Source: Felis catus | Lineage: Eukaryota | Length of the DNA: 64,000 nt | NCBI RefSeq assembly: GCF_018350175.1 | Contig: NC_058368.1 | Coordinates: forward strand, 50,283,815 to 50,347,814 | Direction: 5' to 3' | Part shown: in pieces, positions 11,690-22,290 of the stretch | How the letters are laid out: each line of letters begins with the position of its first letter | Numbering within the stretch: position 1 is the stretch's first letter | The notes under the pieces: model-generated | What the model saw: only the letters and a program-made list of their open reading frames with translations | The model's database searches: none | What the model was told of the DNA's origin: nothing | Translations under genes and position numbers: made by a program

Positions 11690-12347
11690 TTAATGGATGT
11701 GCAAAATAAAGACTACATCTCCCAGTATTTCCTTACAGCTGAACGTGTTTCTCTGTCTCTACCCTGACAAACGAGATAGGTAGTAATGCTGTGCAGCAAC
11801 TTCTAGGAAGCTTCGTAAGAGACAATATGTGTGCCATTTGTCATATTATTTTTTGTCTGTGTGCTCCCTGGCTGGAGGTGAGGCAGCCTTTTTTTTTCTT
11901 TTAAAGAGAAGTTTTTAATTTTGAAGGTCAATTTTTCCATTTCTTTTTCTTAATGGATTTTTCTTTTGGTGTGCTATCTAGTTGCAGACAGGATAACCAA
12001 GGTCACAAAAATTTTTTATGTTTATTTTTCCTAGAATTTTTATAACTTTAGCTCTTATTTAGGTCTGCAATCCATTTTGAGTTAATTTTTATGCATGGTG
12101 TTAGGTAAGGATGCATAATCGTTTCCTAGGGCTGCAAGCAGCCCTTTTGAAATATGACGCAACAATACCAAGCATAGCGGAGTATCAGGATAACAGAATG
12201 GGGGTCTGCCAGTGTGAAGCTGCTCTCCCACGTCTGGACTGCTTAACTCTGAATTTCTTTCATGTGAGAGAAACATTTCTGTCTTTCAGAAAACACCACT
12301 GTTTTCGGTTCTCTCTTACATGACTCTGATCTAATCCTGATTAATAC
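11690..12347 (+). mobile_element. Old MaLR (MLT1 group) solo LTR split by an L1 piece
   Basis: catctcccagtatttccttacagct...aacttctaggaag...ggctggaggtgaggcagcc; 3' end catgtgagagaaaca...ctaatcctgattaataca. Confidence 0.6.
11889..12135 (-). mobile_element. L1 ORF2-internal fragment with a poly(A)-like end
   Basis: gagaagtttttaattttgaaggtcaattt...ccattttgagttaatttttatgcatggtgt; T tract at 11889-11902. Confidence 0.8.
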
Positions 12348-13445
12348 ATGTCTGCTGCTGTCTGTTTCTTGCTCTCCTCACTATTGTTATTAATCTCACA
12401 GGAGACTGATAAACATAATGTAAGCCATGTAGTGGAAGGCTTAGCAGCACAGGCTCCGGAATATTCTTGTGTGGGTCTCTGCTTTCTATATAGCTGTGCA
12501 TCTCTTTTCCTCAGTTTTTTCATTGTTAAATGGGGACCACATAAGTTTATTGACAGAAACAAATGAGATAATGCCGATGAAAAACCAGATGCGTGGAGTC
12601 CAGTGGCAAGTGCTCCATAAAAGGTAGCTTCCCTTGATATTATCATATTGCATAGTTTTATCTGAGAGAGAGATCTTAGAATAAATGCCGCCAGACACGA
12701 TACACTGATACAATGATTTACTAAATAGTAACCTGCCAGTCATACTCTTCTCAGCTAAGTCATTTTTATGTTTATACCAAAATTTTATATTTGGCATATT
12801 TATGTTTACATTTAAACTCAAGGTGCCCAAATTTATAGGACATATTAAGTCACAGGCTTGCGCTGACTGATCTGTACATGTTGATGTGCCGTATTTCTCA
12901 AAATAATTTTCTGGCATCATCTTTTATACTGTCTTCTTTGGCAGTGGAGCCTCTCGTACCCAGGTTTTGTAATATCTTCTATAATATTTACCACACCTGG
13001 AGGATTATTCTGATTATTTTTTGCCCTAGGCTTTCTTTATGCAAACATAAAACTGTGAAACAGAATGTTTTCCAGACAATTTCAGCAACCACCTGATTAA
13101 ATTTCAGACATTCAGTCAAACACTTCTGCCAAATCTCACACTCCATCTTTTTCTTTTCAGGGATCCTTTAAAAACAAAATTTTTAAAAAGTTGATTGGAT
13201 GTATGTATCCCAATAGTGTTTGTGACCTGGCTGTAATCTGCAACATTTTTAAATAGTCTTATTCTTAAACAGGATAATGTATTTTATTTTGAAATCATTG
13301 TTCACTCAGCAATACAATTATTGATGCCTAGTCTGTAACTGTAGCCCGACGACTGTAGCAGATTTCCCCGTTACTCTAGTCCAAGTGCTCTTCTCTCCTG
13401 CCTTTCCCAGGTCACTTCCTGAATCCTCCTACACATCGCTGCACA

Positions 13446-13547
13446 GAACTCAATCAAGTCACTCTCTTGCTCAGTAGCTTTGGTTCACTTTCTCAGTGAA
13501 CTCAATCAAGTCACTCTCTTGCTCAGTAGCTTTGGTTAGCTTTCTCA
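13446..13547. repeat. 52-bp tandem duplication
   Basis: gaactcaatcaagtcactctcttgctcagtagctttggtt at 13446 and 13498; 2 mismatches over 50 bp. Confidence 0.95.
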
Positions 13548-13570
13548 CCTGTCTCTCTATTATATTTTCT

Positions 13571-13777
13571 TTAAAAATTTAATGTTTATTTATTTTTGAG
13601 AGAGGGAGACAGAGTGTGAGCAGGGGAGGGGCAGAGAGAGAAAGATACAGAAACCGAAGCAGGCTCCAGGCTCCGAGCTGTCAGTACAGAGCCTGATGTG
13701 GGGCTCGAACCCATGAACCGAGAGATCATGACCTGAGCCAAAGTCGGATGCTTCACTGAATGAGCCACCCAGGAACC
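13571..13777 (-). mobile_element. Can-SINE
   Basis: Full SINE body ending gagccacccagg. Confidence 0.95.
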
Positions 13778-14874
13778 TCTGTCTATACCATTTCCTATTC
13801 TTCCAGACATATGCCACCAACTCCATGAAACCTGATACCTGCAGCCAAACATGATATTTCATTCTTCTGCCTTCCCAGGAAGGGGAAAATTCCCACCAAA
13901 TCATATATCTTGTAGAATTATTATGTTTTGCCTCAAATTATTCAACTTTATTATTCATGACTGCCAAAACTGAACATGGGTGGGCTAGGCTTCCCTTGGC
14001 CTCTGTCATGTTGATTTTTTTTTCTCCAAAGGAGTTTGGTAGGGCAGGAGGTTAGAAATCCAGGACCCAAAGATGTGAGCAGAGGCAGAATTCGTGAACA
14101 GCAAAACTGGGGAAGTCAGAGAAAGAAACTGAAATAGGAGTTGACCCAGAGCTTAAATCTTGTTGGATTAATGACCAAGTGAGTTGGAAACAAGCAAAGC
14201 TGAAGGAAATTGATAATGCGTTTTGGGAAATCAACTTTGATTTCTAGCCAAAGTTTATGCGTTTCTGTCTTGGACTGGCAGGACCAGTGAAAGGTAGATG
14301 GGATGGAATTGCTGGATGGGAGAAGTGGAAGTGGAAATCCAATGGGACCAATTAGCTCTGTATCTTTAAATGGCCTTAAAATGTATTTTTTTTTTCATTT
14401 TTTTTTCAAAGTAGGGTGGGCGGTATGACATTATTAGAAGGAGAGGCAGATGGTGTCACTAATTTGGATTGTCTCCCAAATGATGCCTCTTGGCTCTGCT
14501 CTTTGGATTCTAGATCACATACTGTATTGTGTTTGGTGGCCAACAGCCTCTTCAAACAATAACAAGGTAGAAGTGGGCTGAGCGGGGAGCTAGAAGTAGA
14601 AGACCTTGTTGATATGGAATGGTGGAAATATGCAGAATTAGTATCATGAAAATGGGATTTGAGCTAAGCTCATTATTAGCACTGCTGCAAACTGCAAGTT
14701 GTAGATGTCTCTGCAGAGTTAATGCTGTGTGTTAAACTGGGGGATTTTCATGGGCCACCTATGGATTTCTATTGAAGGCGAGGCTAAAGATCCTGTGGTG
14801 GTTTTTGTGAATGGTCACCTTACCTCCTGGGAGCTGTAAGTGTTGTAATCCCCTAGTGCTCCCATATTTTAGTG

Positions 14875-14880
<6 letters not shown>

Positions 14881-14930
<50 letters not shown>

Positions 14931-14940
14931 CGCGCGCGCA
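14881..14940. repeat. (TG)21(CG)8 compound microsatellite
   Basis: 60 bp of uninterrupted pyrimidine-purine alternation. Confidence 0.97.
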
Positions 14941-14989
14941 ACTCTTTCAACAAAGGATTCAAAGCAATTTGGACTCTCCCTCCATAGTT

Positions 14990-15370
14990 CTTCCTGATCT
15001 CTCACTGAAACTCTTCTAATATCTCCTAATTGATATACATCTAGCTCCAGCCTTACATCCCTGCAGTGCTTCATTTGTATTGCTGGGAAATCTTTGTGGA
15101 ACACAAAGCTAATGGTTTCTCATTGCCTGAAGTAATTTGGCCACATATCTAAAGGTGGCATTCACCTACACATCCTGTAGAAAGCAGTCTTTTTGTTGTA
15201 CAGACATGGCCTTCCACATCCTGGCTTTTCACTGTCTCCTGCCTTACACTGCTGTAATCCTTTGCTCTACTCATGCCTCTCGGCATGCAGTTTACTCACA
15301 CTCCAGATTGTTTCTTGTCCATGTGCCTTTCCCACAGTACTGTGTGTACTCATGGATCATGCTATTTTTG
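14990..15370 (+). mobile_element. Probable L2 fragment (inside the L relic)
   Basis: ccagccttacatccctgcag...atctttgtggaacacaaagctaat...ggccttccacatcctggc resembles the L2 3' region. Confidence 0.45.
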
Positions 15371-15590
15371 ATGGAATACTGGATGGTGTATATAAAATAT
15401 GTAACCAATTTTGAAATCTAGGATGATGTTATTACCTACCAGAAATAATATATATGTATGTCTGAGAGGAGGATTTAGCAACCTGATTCTCAGCTCCTCT
15501 TTTGTTGGAAATGTGGTCTCAAATGCCAGTCTCACCAGCCTGGGTTTATTTCTACTGCTAGATAGTCTTTACTGACTTAGTACTCTAATG

Positions 15591-15595
<5 letters not shown>

Positions 15596-15640
<45 letters not shown>
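15596..15640. repeat. (AT)n microsatellite
   Basis: 45-bp pure AT run. Confidence 0.97.
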
Positions 15641-15646
<6 letters not shown>

Positions 15647-16847
15647 ATGGTGGTTGGTCCATGATTACCAGAAGTGGAAGTATGAATAAGTAATTTTAAT
15701 ACTTTTAATACCCTGGGAAAATTACATCAAATCCTCCAAAGTGGAGAACACAAACGTCTCTTATTCTTGGTGAAGAGGGGTCATAAAGAAATATATGTAG
15801 ATTATTCCTGGCTCCGCTCTTAATCCAGTTATTTGCCAACAATTTATAGAGTTAGACTAGTTATTTTGATTTTCCATTTGGCAAGTTGTGTATATGAACA
15901 TGGGTTACTATATTTTTCCATTCTCTTAAGTACTCTTCTTGCTATATATGTTTTTCCTGAGAAAACTATATTTCTAATCCTAATCAAAATTTTTTTAATT
16001 ATTTAGTTACGACATTTTGTCTCAAAGTAATACTTATGAATTAAAATGTTCTGCCTAAGCACTGTTAGTAACTGGAAGTGTAGGAGGGTGTTTTGGCTGA
16101 TACTCATAGAGGCACATGAATTTTCTTATCACACTCCCCCAGAGCATCTCTGTTTCCTCTGGGAAGACAAGACCTTGAACTGTCAAGAAGTTCTCATAGG
16201 AAAGGCTCTAGCCATTCCTTGATTTACTAGGGCCCTGAATTTAATTAGAGTTTAGAAATATATAAACATGGTTGAAAGACTGAGATGGTCCACCAAAAGC
16301 CATGTGCAAGGATGGCCAACACAGTTAGTTCTTGAGATCTTGAGAGAAAAATCATATGAAGGTACAAGGAATCCAAATACGGTGGGCCAGAACAAACTTG
16401 ATTCCAAATGCAGTGGAAGGCTGTCCTTTGGCCACCCTGCAGTGCAGCACTACCAGATTGCTATTCCTCGTGGTAGTATGATAAAGAAGATCTGTGGACA
16501 GGCATCCATGTTTCTCTGCGGTGGGATTCTCCCTTCCCAAGGCTGAATATCTGCCAAAGGTGGTTCTTTATGCCTGAGCACCAAGTGAAAACTGAAGACT
16601 TGGCAAAAGATGGTGGAAAGTCCAATGTATTAGCATTGGAGAGTGAAGATAATTTATTTCCCGAGGGACATTAGTGGTTCAGGGAAGAGCAGAGCCTTTG
16701 ACAGAGAGAGGCATTGCTGAGTAGAGTAAAGGTTAGAAAATGGGACAGATACACAGGGATAATTTTAGTCAAAATAGAGGAACTGTAGAACCACAATTCA
16801 GAGACTTTATTCTATGTAAGATACTTCATTTCTCAACTGTTGGGGAC

Positions 16848-17220
16848 TGTTATAGAGTGAGTGCTTGTGCCCCTCCAAATTTATATGTTGAACTCTACCC
16901 TCAGTGTGATGGTGTTAGGAAGTGGGGCCTGTGGAGGTAATTAAGATTATATAAGTTCATGAAGGTAGGGCCTTCGTGAATGAGATTAGTGCCCTTGTAA
17001 GAGTCACAAGAGAGGTTTCATCCTCTCTCTGCTCTCTGCTCTGTGAGGACATAATGAAAAATCAGCAGTCTGCAACCCAGAAGAGGGTCACACCAGAACC
17101 CAACCCTGCTGGTACCTGCTCTCAGACTTCCAGCCTCCAGAACTGTAAGAAATAAGTGTCGGTTGTTTATAAGCCACCCAGTCTGTGGTATTCTGTAATA
17201 GCAGTCAGAACTAACTAACA
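16848..17220 (+). mobile_element. MaLR solo LTR (MLT1A-like) inside the L relic
   Basis: TG...CA ends; cccctccaaatttatatgttgaa, gattagtgcccttgtaaga, cttccagcctccagaactgtaagaaataa; flanked by tggggac at 16841-16847 and 17221-17227. Confidence 0.9.
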
Positions 17221-17250
17221 TGGGGACTCTTAGTATGACTTAAAAAGAAA

Positions 17251-17441
17251 GGGATGCCTGGGTAGCTCAGTCAGTTAAGGGACTGACTCTTGATTTCAGC
17301 TCAGGTCATGATCTCATGGTTTTTGAGATTGAGCCCTGCATCTGGCTCTGTGCTGACAGTGTAGAGCCTGCTTGGGATTCTCTCTCTCCCCGTCTTTCTG
17401 CCCCTCCCCGGCTCATGCTCTCTTTCTCTCAAAATAAATAT
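17251..17441 (+). mobile_element. Can-SINE
   Basis: gggatgcctgggtagctcagtcagttaag...(CT)n aaaataaata. Confidence 0.93.
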
Positions 17442-18569
17442 TAAAAAGGGGGGATGGAGATTCTGTTATTTAAAAGGTGAGAATCCTTAATGTCACTTTT
17501 AAGACTACTAAGAGTCTTTAATGAAGATTTCTGAGTAGGCAGAGCATGAGGGACATTTGTATTACATAGATAAGTAACCCTGAGGACATTCAGATCCAGG
17601 GGAAATTAATCCTTGGAAAAATCAGGACTTCTTGAAAACCAAGTAAGTGGTGATTCGGAATATGTCTGAACACTGGCTAAAGAAGCTTGAGCCCTTTGTA
17701 GTGCAGAATATTAAAAATATATTTATCCTCCTGAAAAACTCTTTACCTTTAACTCCAGAAAATACGTTGAATATAGACAATTAAACTGTGAATTTTGATC
17801 TGTCTACAAAAACTAGTTTCTCTAATATCCATGAGCTGTTGTTTATCAGGGGGGATGGCATTTAGAATTTTCACAAAGAGAAGTAGATAATTCTTACTAC
17901 AAAGATGCCATTTTTTTCCTGAGTAAAATGTATATTGGTAAAAATTATTTTATGAACTAAGACATTTATAGAGTCCTTTTGGAAAGAAATTGCACAGCTG
18001 TTTATACATTCATCTTGGTCTTTCAGTGAGTGTGAGGTCACAGCAAGTGACCAAACACCACTGGAATGGCTTATCTGCAGAGTCAAGGGACTGCGGTCCA
18101 TTCAGGAAATACTCTTTCTGGGATGTGGTAAAAGAACCTGTTGGTTTTCTTGAGCCCATACCTAATCTTCTCAAATCCTGATTTTATTACCAGTGATAGA
18201 CAATGTTCATATAGGACTCTACATGATTATAGTCAACCTGCAGGTAAAATTGGGGATTTCTCTTCTTTCACCTCAGAAAGAAGCTATGTTAGTACTAGGT
18301 AGCCCAGAATGGTAAAAAGAAAAAAAAAGTGCCTAGAACTTGCAGAGTCTCAACCCTAGAGACGAAGAAGTCAGACAATGATACAATCATGGCAGGTTTA
18401 GGAGGAATAACTGAAGAGTTCACCAAGATCATGACAGCAGCTTTCTGGTGCCACCATAGCCTGGGTGCCAGGAGCAGCAGGAGGGAAACTGGCAGGAGGA
18501 GGGCTAGAGAACGGTAGTGTGCTGTGTTGGGGGGCTCTGCAGTTAGGCACATCTGAGCCATGCTACTGC

Positions 18570-18750
18570 TTCTTTCTACCTCTCTTATCTTTGCAAAGCA
18601 GTTCAGTTCGGTAAGCCTTAGTTTCTTTATTAGCAAAGTTGGAATAATATTAAGACTTTCTTTGTATTATATTAAATAATATATGAAAAGCGTATGATTT
18701 ATTATCTGGCACATAGTTGGCATTCAACAACAGCAATAATAATTATTCAC
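18570..18750 (+). mobile_element. MIR fragment (inside the L relic)
   Basis: ctttgcaaagcagtt...gccttagtttctttattagcaaagttggaataat...tctggcacatagttggcattcaa. Confidence 0.6.
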
Positions 18751-18786
18751 ATAGAGACTTCCCTAAAATTTGCTCTTGTTTATACA

Positions 18787-18992
18787 TTAAAAAAATATTT
18801 TTAAATGTTTTTTTGAGAGAAGGAAAGAGTGAGCATGACAGGGGAGGGACAGAGAGAGAGGTGGACAGAGGATCTGAAGTGGGCTCCACTCTGACAGCAG
18901 AGAACCCAGTGCAGGGCTTGAACTCATGAACAGCAAGATTATGACCTGAGCTGAAGTCAGACGCTCAACCAACTGAGCCACCCAGTCGCCCC
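18787..18992 (-). mobile_element. Can-SINE
   Basis: SINE body ending actgagccacccagtcgcccc; taaaatttg on both sides. Confidence 0.93.
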
Positions 18993-21619
18993 TAAAATTT
19001 GATTTTCTAAGAGGAAAAGAAGAATGCCGGTCATCATTGTTGAAGTACTTCAGGGTAAGGAGTAGGGAAAAGGAAGGAATTGTATGAAGGAAGCCATTTT
19101 GGAAGATGAGAACAATACTTCGATATTTACTAGATAATTTATGAGAAATAGTACGTCAGAATATTGTGATGGGATCTTGAGTCAGAGATAGAATTTGTGA
19201 ACTTTAATGTCTTGCAGATAATTAATGTCCCAGGAGGAAGATTATAGTGATAAAGAACTGGAAGTCTGTTGCCAGAAGGTACCTAGGGATGTGCAAGATT
19301 ATTCTACTGTTACAAACGTGAAATGGTGGATGTAAGAAATGACCCCTGGCAAAAAAGAGATGGCCTGAAAATGCACTTTGAAAAAAGAAGATTTCCCAAA
19401 AGAAGCTAAGAAATAACATTCTTGAACATATTTTTTGACACAACTATATTTGTAAATGCAGTAGTTTCTTATTTTGCACAAACGGAACAAAAAATGTGTC
19501 AAACATTTGCACTATGGATGCTAGGGCTTGGCCTCTTAATGCAGAGGAGGACATAGCATCTGCTCTGAAGGAGCACATAAAAAAAATCATTTTATACCCA
19601 ACAGTGCATTGCCGTGGAGGTATATTTGTCTGAAAAAGCCATAAATGCAACCGGACTAGAAATGCCATTTTCATGCTTGGAAACATAATCTAACTTCATA
19701 CTAATTTGGAAGTCTATATGTTATCTGTTCTCTGATTTGGAAGTTTGTCAAAAAGCAATGTAATTCTGATCTGACCACATATTTAAGGCATGAGAACATC
19801 CATCTGTAACAGTTTGTATTATTTTCATCATAGAATGTGGAATAAAATGTCTGATAACAGAAGACACCATATAGATACACGGTCATTTTGCTGTAAAAGA
19901 CCATCTGCCTACCTCTGTACAACATGGTCAGAGAAGCATAAAATGAAGACCCAAATCCCTTTATATTCTTGAAGACCAGATGCCTTATGACATGACTGAT
20001 AGTAGGGAGAGCTCCACCCCATTGTCTATCCAGAGGGTAGACGTTAGGTAATAGGCAAACGAACCAGCTGTCAGGAATTGGAAGCGCCATGGCATTTTAG
20101 AATTTCATCTTTAAAATTTAGGATCAAGCTTACATGTTCAGATTAGCAATTTTATGAGCTACCTTAGGAAAATAATGGCATTGCAGAATAGGCAAAATGT
20201 AGCTGTTTGGTGTCTTACACTAGCTATGGCCAGTACTTTAAAAATGCTATATTCTTGAGTTTTGAAATAAGTTCAATGCTTCTTTTCTTGGGAAATCATG
20301 AATTTAATGTTAAGTGTAATGCAGTGGATCAGGAACTGAAGTGTGAGCCATTTGAATCCTGTGTCCGGATGGGGAATGCTCTGGAAACCTGGGCACTGGG
20401 AAGCAGAAACATGTTCCAAAACACTTCCTCCCAAGGCAGAAAAATTTTATAATACTTGTCAGGGCATTGGGTGTAAAGTGAAAATTAATAACAATGATTC
20501 TTTTTTCAGAGATGAGCCTCTCACTTTTGCTGAAGTATTTTAATATGCTGCCTGATTAGAGACAATATGAGAAATGAGCCTCTCTGATTCTCATTTTTGG
20601 CTAAAAGTCTTGGCTGGCTGTTGGGACAATCTGTTATTGCTGGCTATTGCTCTGGGGGTGGGTTAATGCCAGCTATTCAGATGCTCACTAAAATCTATAT
20701 TCACGTGGAATGATGGTTTTCTGCTTCCAAGTGATCAGCTTGCCATTTTTTTGCAGCACAAGCAAAAAAGACTGCCTTTCTGCCCCTTGGCCTTGCGGGA
20801 GTTTAGGGCCTGCAGCTCATATTCTCTGTACTTGCTCAAGCTCGTTAGTCAGTTTACAGCCATCTGTCTTTATACCATTAACCCACTTGATTGGACACCA
20901 TACTGTTGTTTTCTGTGTCTGTTCTGGTAAATTATGTGCATCCTGAGTTGTCCTAATGACATGCTGTTCTAATGACAGCTCCCTCAGAGGGGATCTGGGT
21001 AGAGAATACCTCTGTGAGAATCTCAAACTGTGGCAGATTTTGGTCCTGGAGGGGGTGGGGAGCAAAAGGAGGGATCCAATAAGGGCAGTCCTTGATTCTG
21101 CTATAGGAACAATGAAACAATGGAAAAATGTCATCTTTTACTGTCCATTGGGCATGGCTAGAATACAGGGAAGCATAAGAGAAAACCAAATGGAGACTGA
21201 AGCACTTTTCCAGCGTTGGTAGAAAACAATGCACGAGAGAGAATGACAACATGCAAACAGTTAGCAGTGGGAGCCTCAGGTTTCTCCTCTTCTTTCTTTA
21301 ACTTGTCCCATTCCTGCCACATCCTGGATCATCTCCCTAAATTCTGCTCATGCTGCTTGAATAGGATAGAGATAAAGAGATAAAATCAGCCTGTGGTTCC
21401 CCAGAAGACCTTGCACAGTTTGAGAAGCAGAGCTCATACCCATCATAAGGAGAGAAGGCAGGATTCTGGGAGCAGAGCTAAAATAAATTTTTCTGTTGCC
21501 TCTCCAGAATTCTATAGCAGAATTTTAAGAAATGCTGCGAGTTGACAGTACCTCAAGATATTGCGTGCCGTCTCAGGAAAGAAAGAAATGAAAGTGACAG
21601 TGGTTGTATGGGAAGCAAG

Positions 21620-21947
21620 GAAGAGATGTACCTTTTTCCCATTTATTAATTTATTAAAAATTTAAGCTATAAATATAGATTTATGGATATTTATTTTATC
21701 ATATGGGTTTTAATCCAGTTTTATTATTATTTATTTTATTGCTCAGAATTTTCTATTTTGCACCTAGGCTTATATTTTCCCTTTCCAATCTACTGCTTCT
21801 GTAAGGGGTCCTGGTTTCCCTTACTGGAGAATGATATTTAAAAACCAACATTTGGGAGCCAGACAGGTTAGTTGCTATTATGATGTCATTGCTTCCAGGC
21901 CCTTTCAGTGGACAAAACTAGGAACTATATGTATGCATATCCACTCA

Positions 21948-21997
<50 letters not shown>

Positions 21998-22290
21998 TCT
22001 ATAATTATTTCCGTACCTGTTTGAAAAAATATCAAAATTCAGGTTATACTGTTACTCTCATTCTAATCCAACACAAGAAAATCCTTCGGTCTTTTCTTTT
22101 TTGTAACTGCCTCTCCTAATGGTAAGAACCTTGGCTTCCATTATTGACAATATATTTATTTATTTGTTCAATCCTAGTATGCATATAAGGTGGTTTCAGA
22201 ATTGCTAACTCATGCTTCTGTGAGAAACACATTTACTGACTAGAATACTGTACTTATATATAGGGGTTTTTTTTGTCTTTAGGATCTAGG
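21620..22290 (-). mobile_element. Old L1 (L1MC/MD-like) 3' UTR fragment
   Basis: ggtcctggtttcccttactggagaatgatatttaaaaaccaacatttggg and related motifs. Confidence 0.6.
21951..21994. repeat. (AT)22 microsatellite
   Basis: Pure AT run, flanked by atgc/gcat. Confidence 0.97.

Larger units (their letters stand above)
11500..20050 (+). pseudogene. EBLL: Endogenous bornavirus-like L (RdRp) relic, nearly full length, split by many TE insertions
   Basis: Collinear against recalled BoDV-1 L: SDQGIQHP (11516) ~ TDQSLKNP; TYATNSMKPDT (13807-13839) ~ TYNHFLAAADT; QDPKM*AEAE (14061-14090) ~ QLHKMRVELE; GVDPELK (14137) ~ GCDKSIK; PC*YGMVEICRISIM..EL (14604-14666) ~ PFYRGAVEFEDRLTVL..EL; QVV..ELMLCVK (14695-14736) ~ QVV..EVMPYLK; motif A DYQKW (15663-15677); NPP (15730); motif B VICQQ-L*S (15828-15852) ~ GMRQKLWT; IYKHG* (16258) ~ LYKHAR; YFPRDISGS (16655) ~ VFFRGMSDP; EPQFRDFI (16788) ~ ERQIRRWI; YKDAIFF (17898) ~ YLDAIIY; DIYRVLLERNCTAVYTFILVFQ* (17961-18029) ~ [40 protein letters not shown] (18032-18082) ~ YKVRKVTDPHLNTLMAR; GTAVH (18087); FITSD..HDY (18183-18230); CLELAES (18330); YPTV (19595); I*PHI (19769) ~ IRPHL; KRP..WS (19895-19930). 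Confidence 0.85.

Noticed and set aside
12486..12920. 144-aa minus-strand ORF
   Set aside because: No recognisable domain; antisense to the viral relic and partly MIR-derived.
13446..13547. Direct repeat as a CRISPR-like array
   Set aside because: Two abutting copies with no spacers, in a mammalian context.
14420..18180. Gypsy-like protease (LDSRSH) and integrase/RNase H (FWKEIAQLF, DQTPLEWL) motifs
   Set aside because: No RT motifs or LTRs were found, and other frames of the same DNA align collinearly with bornavirus L.
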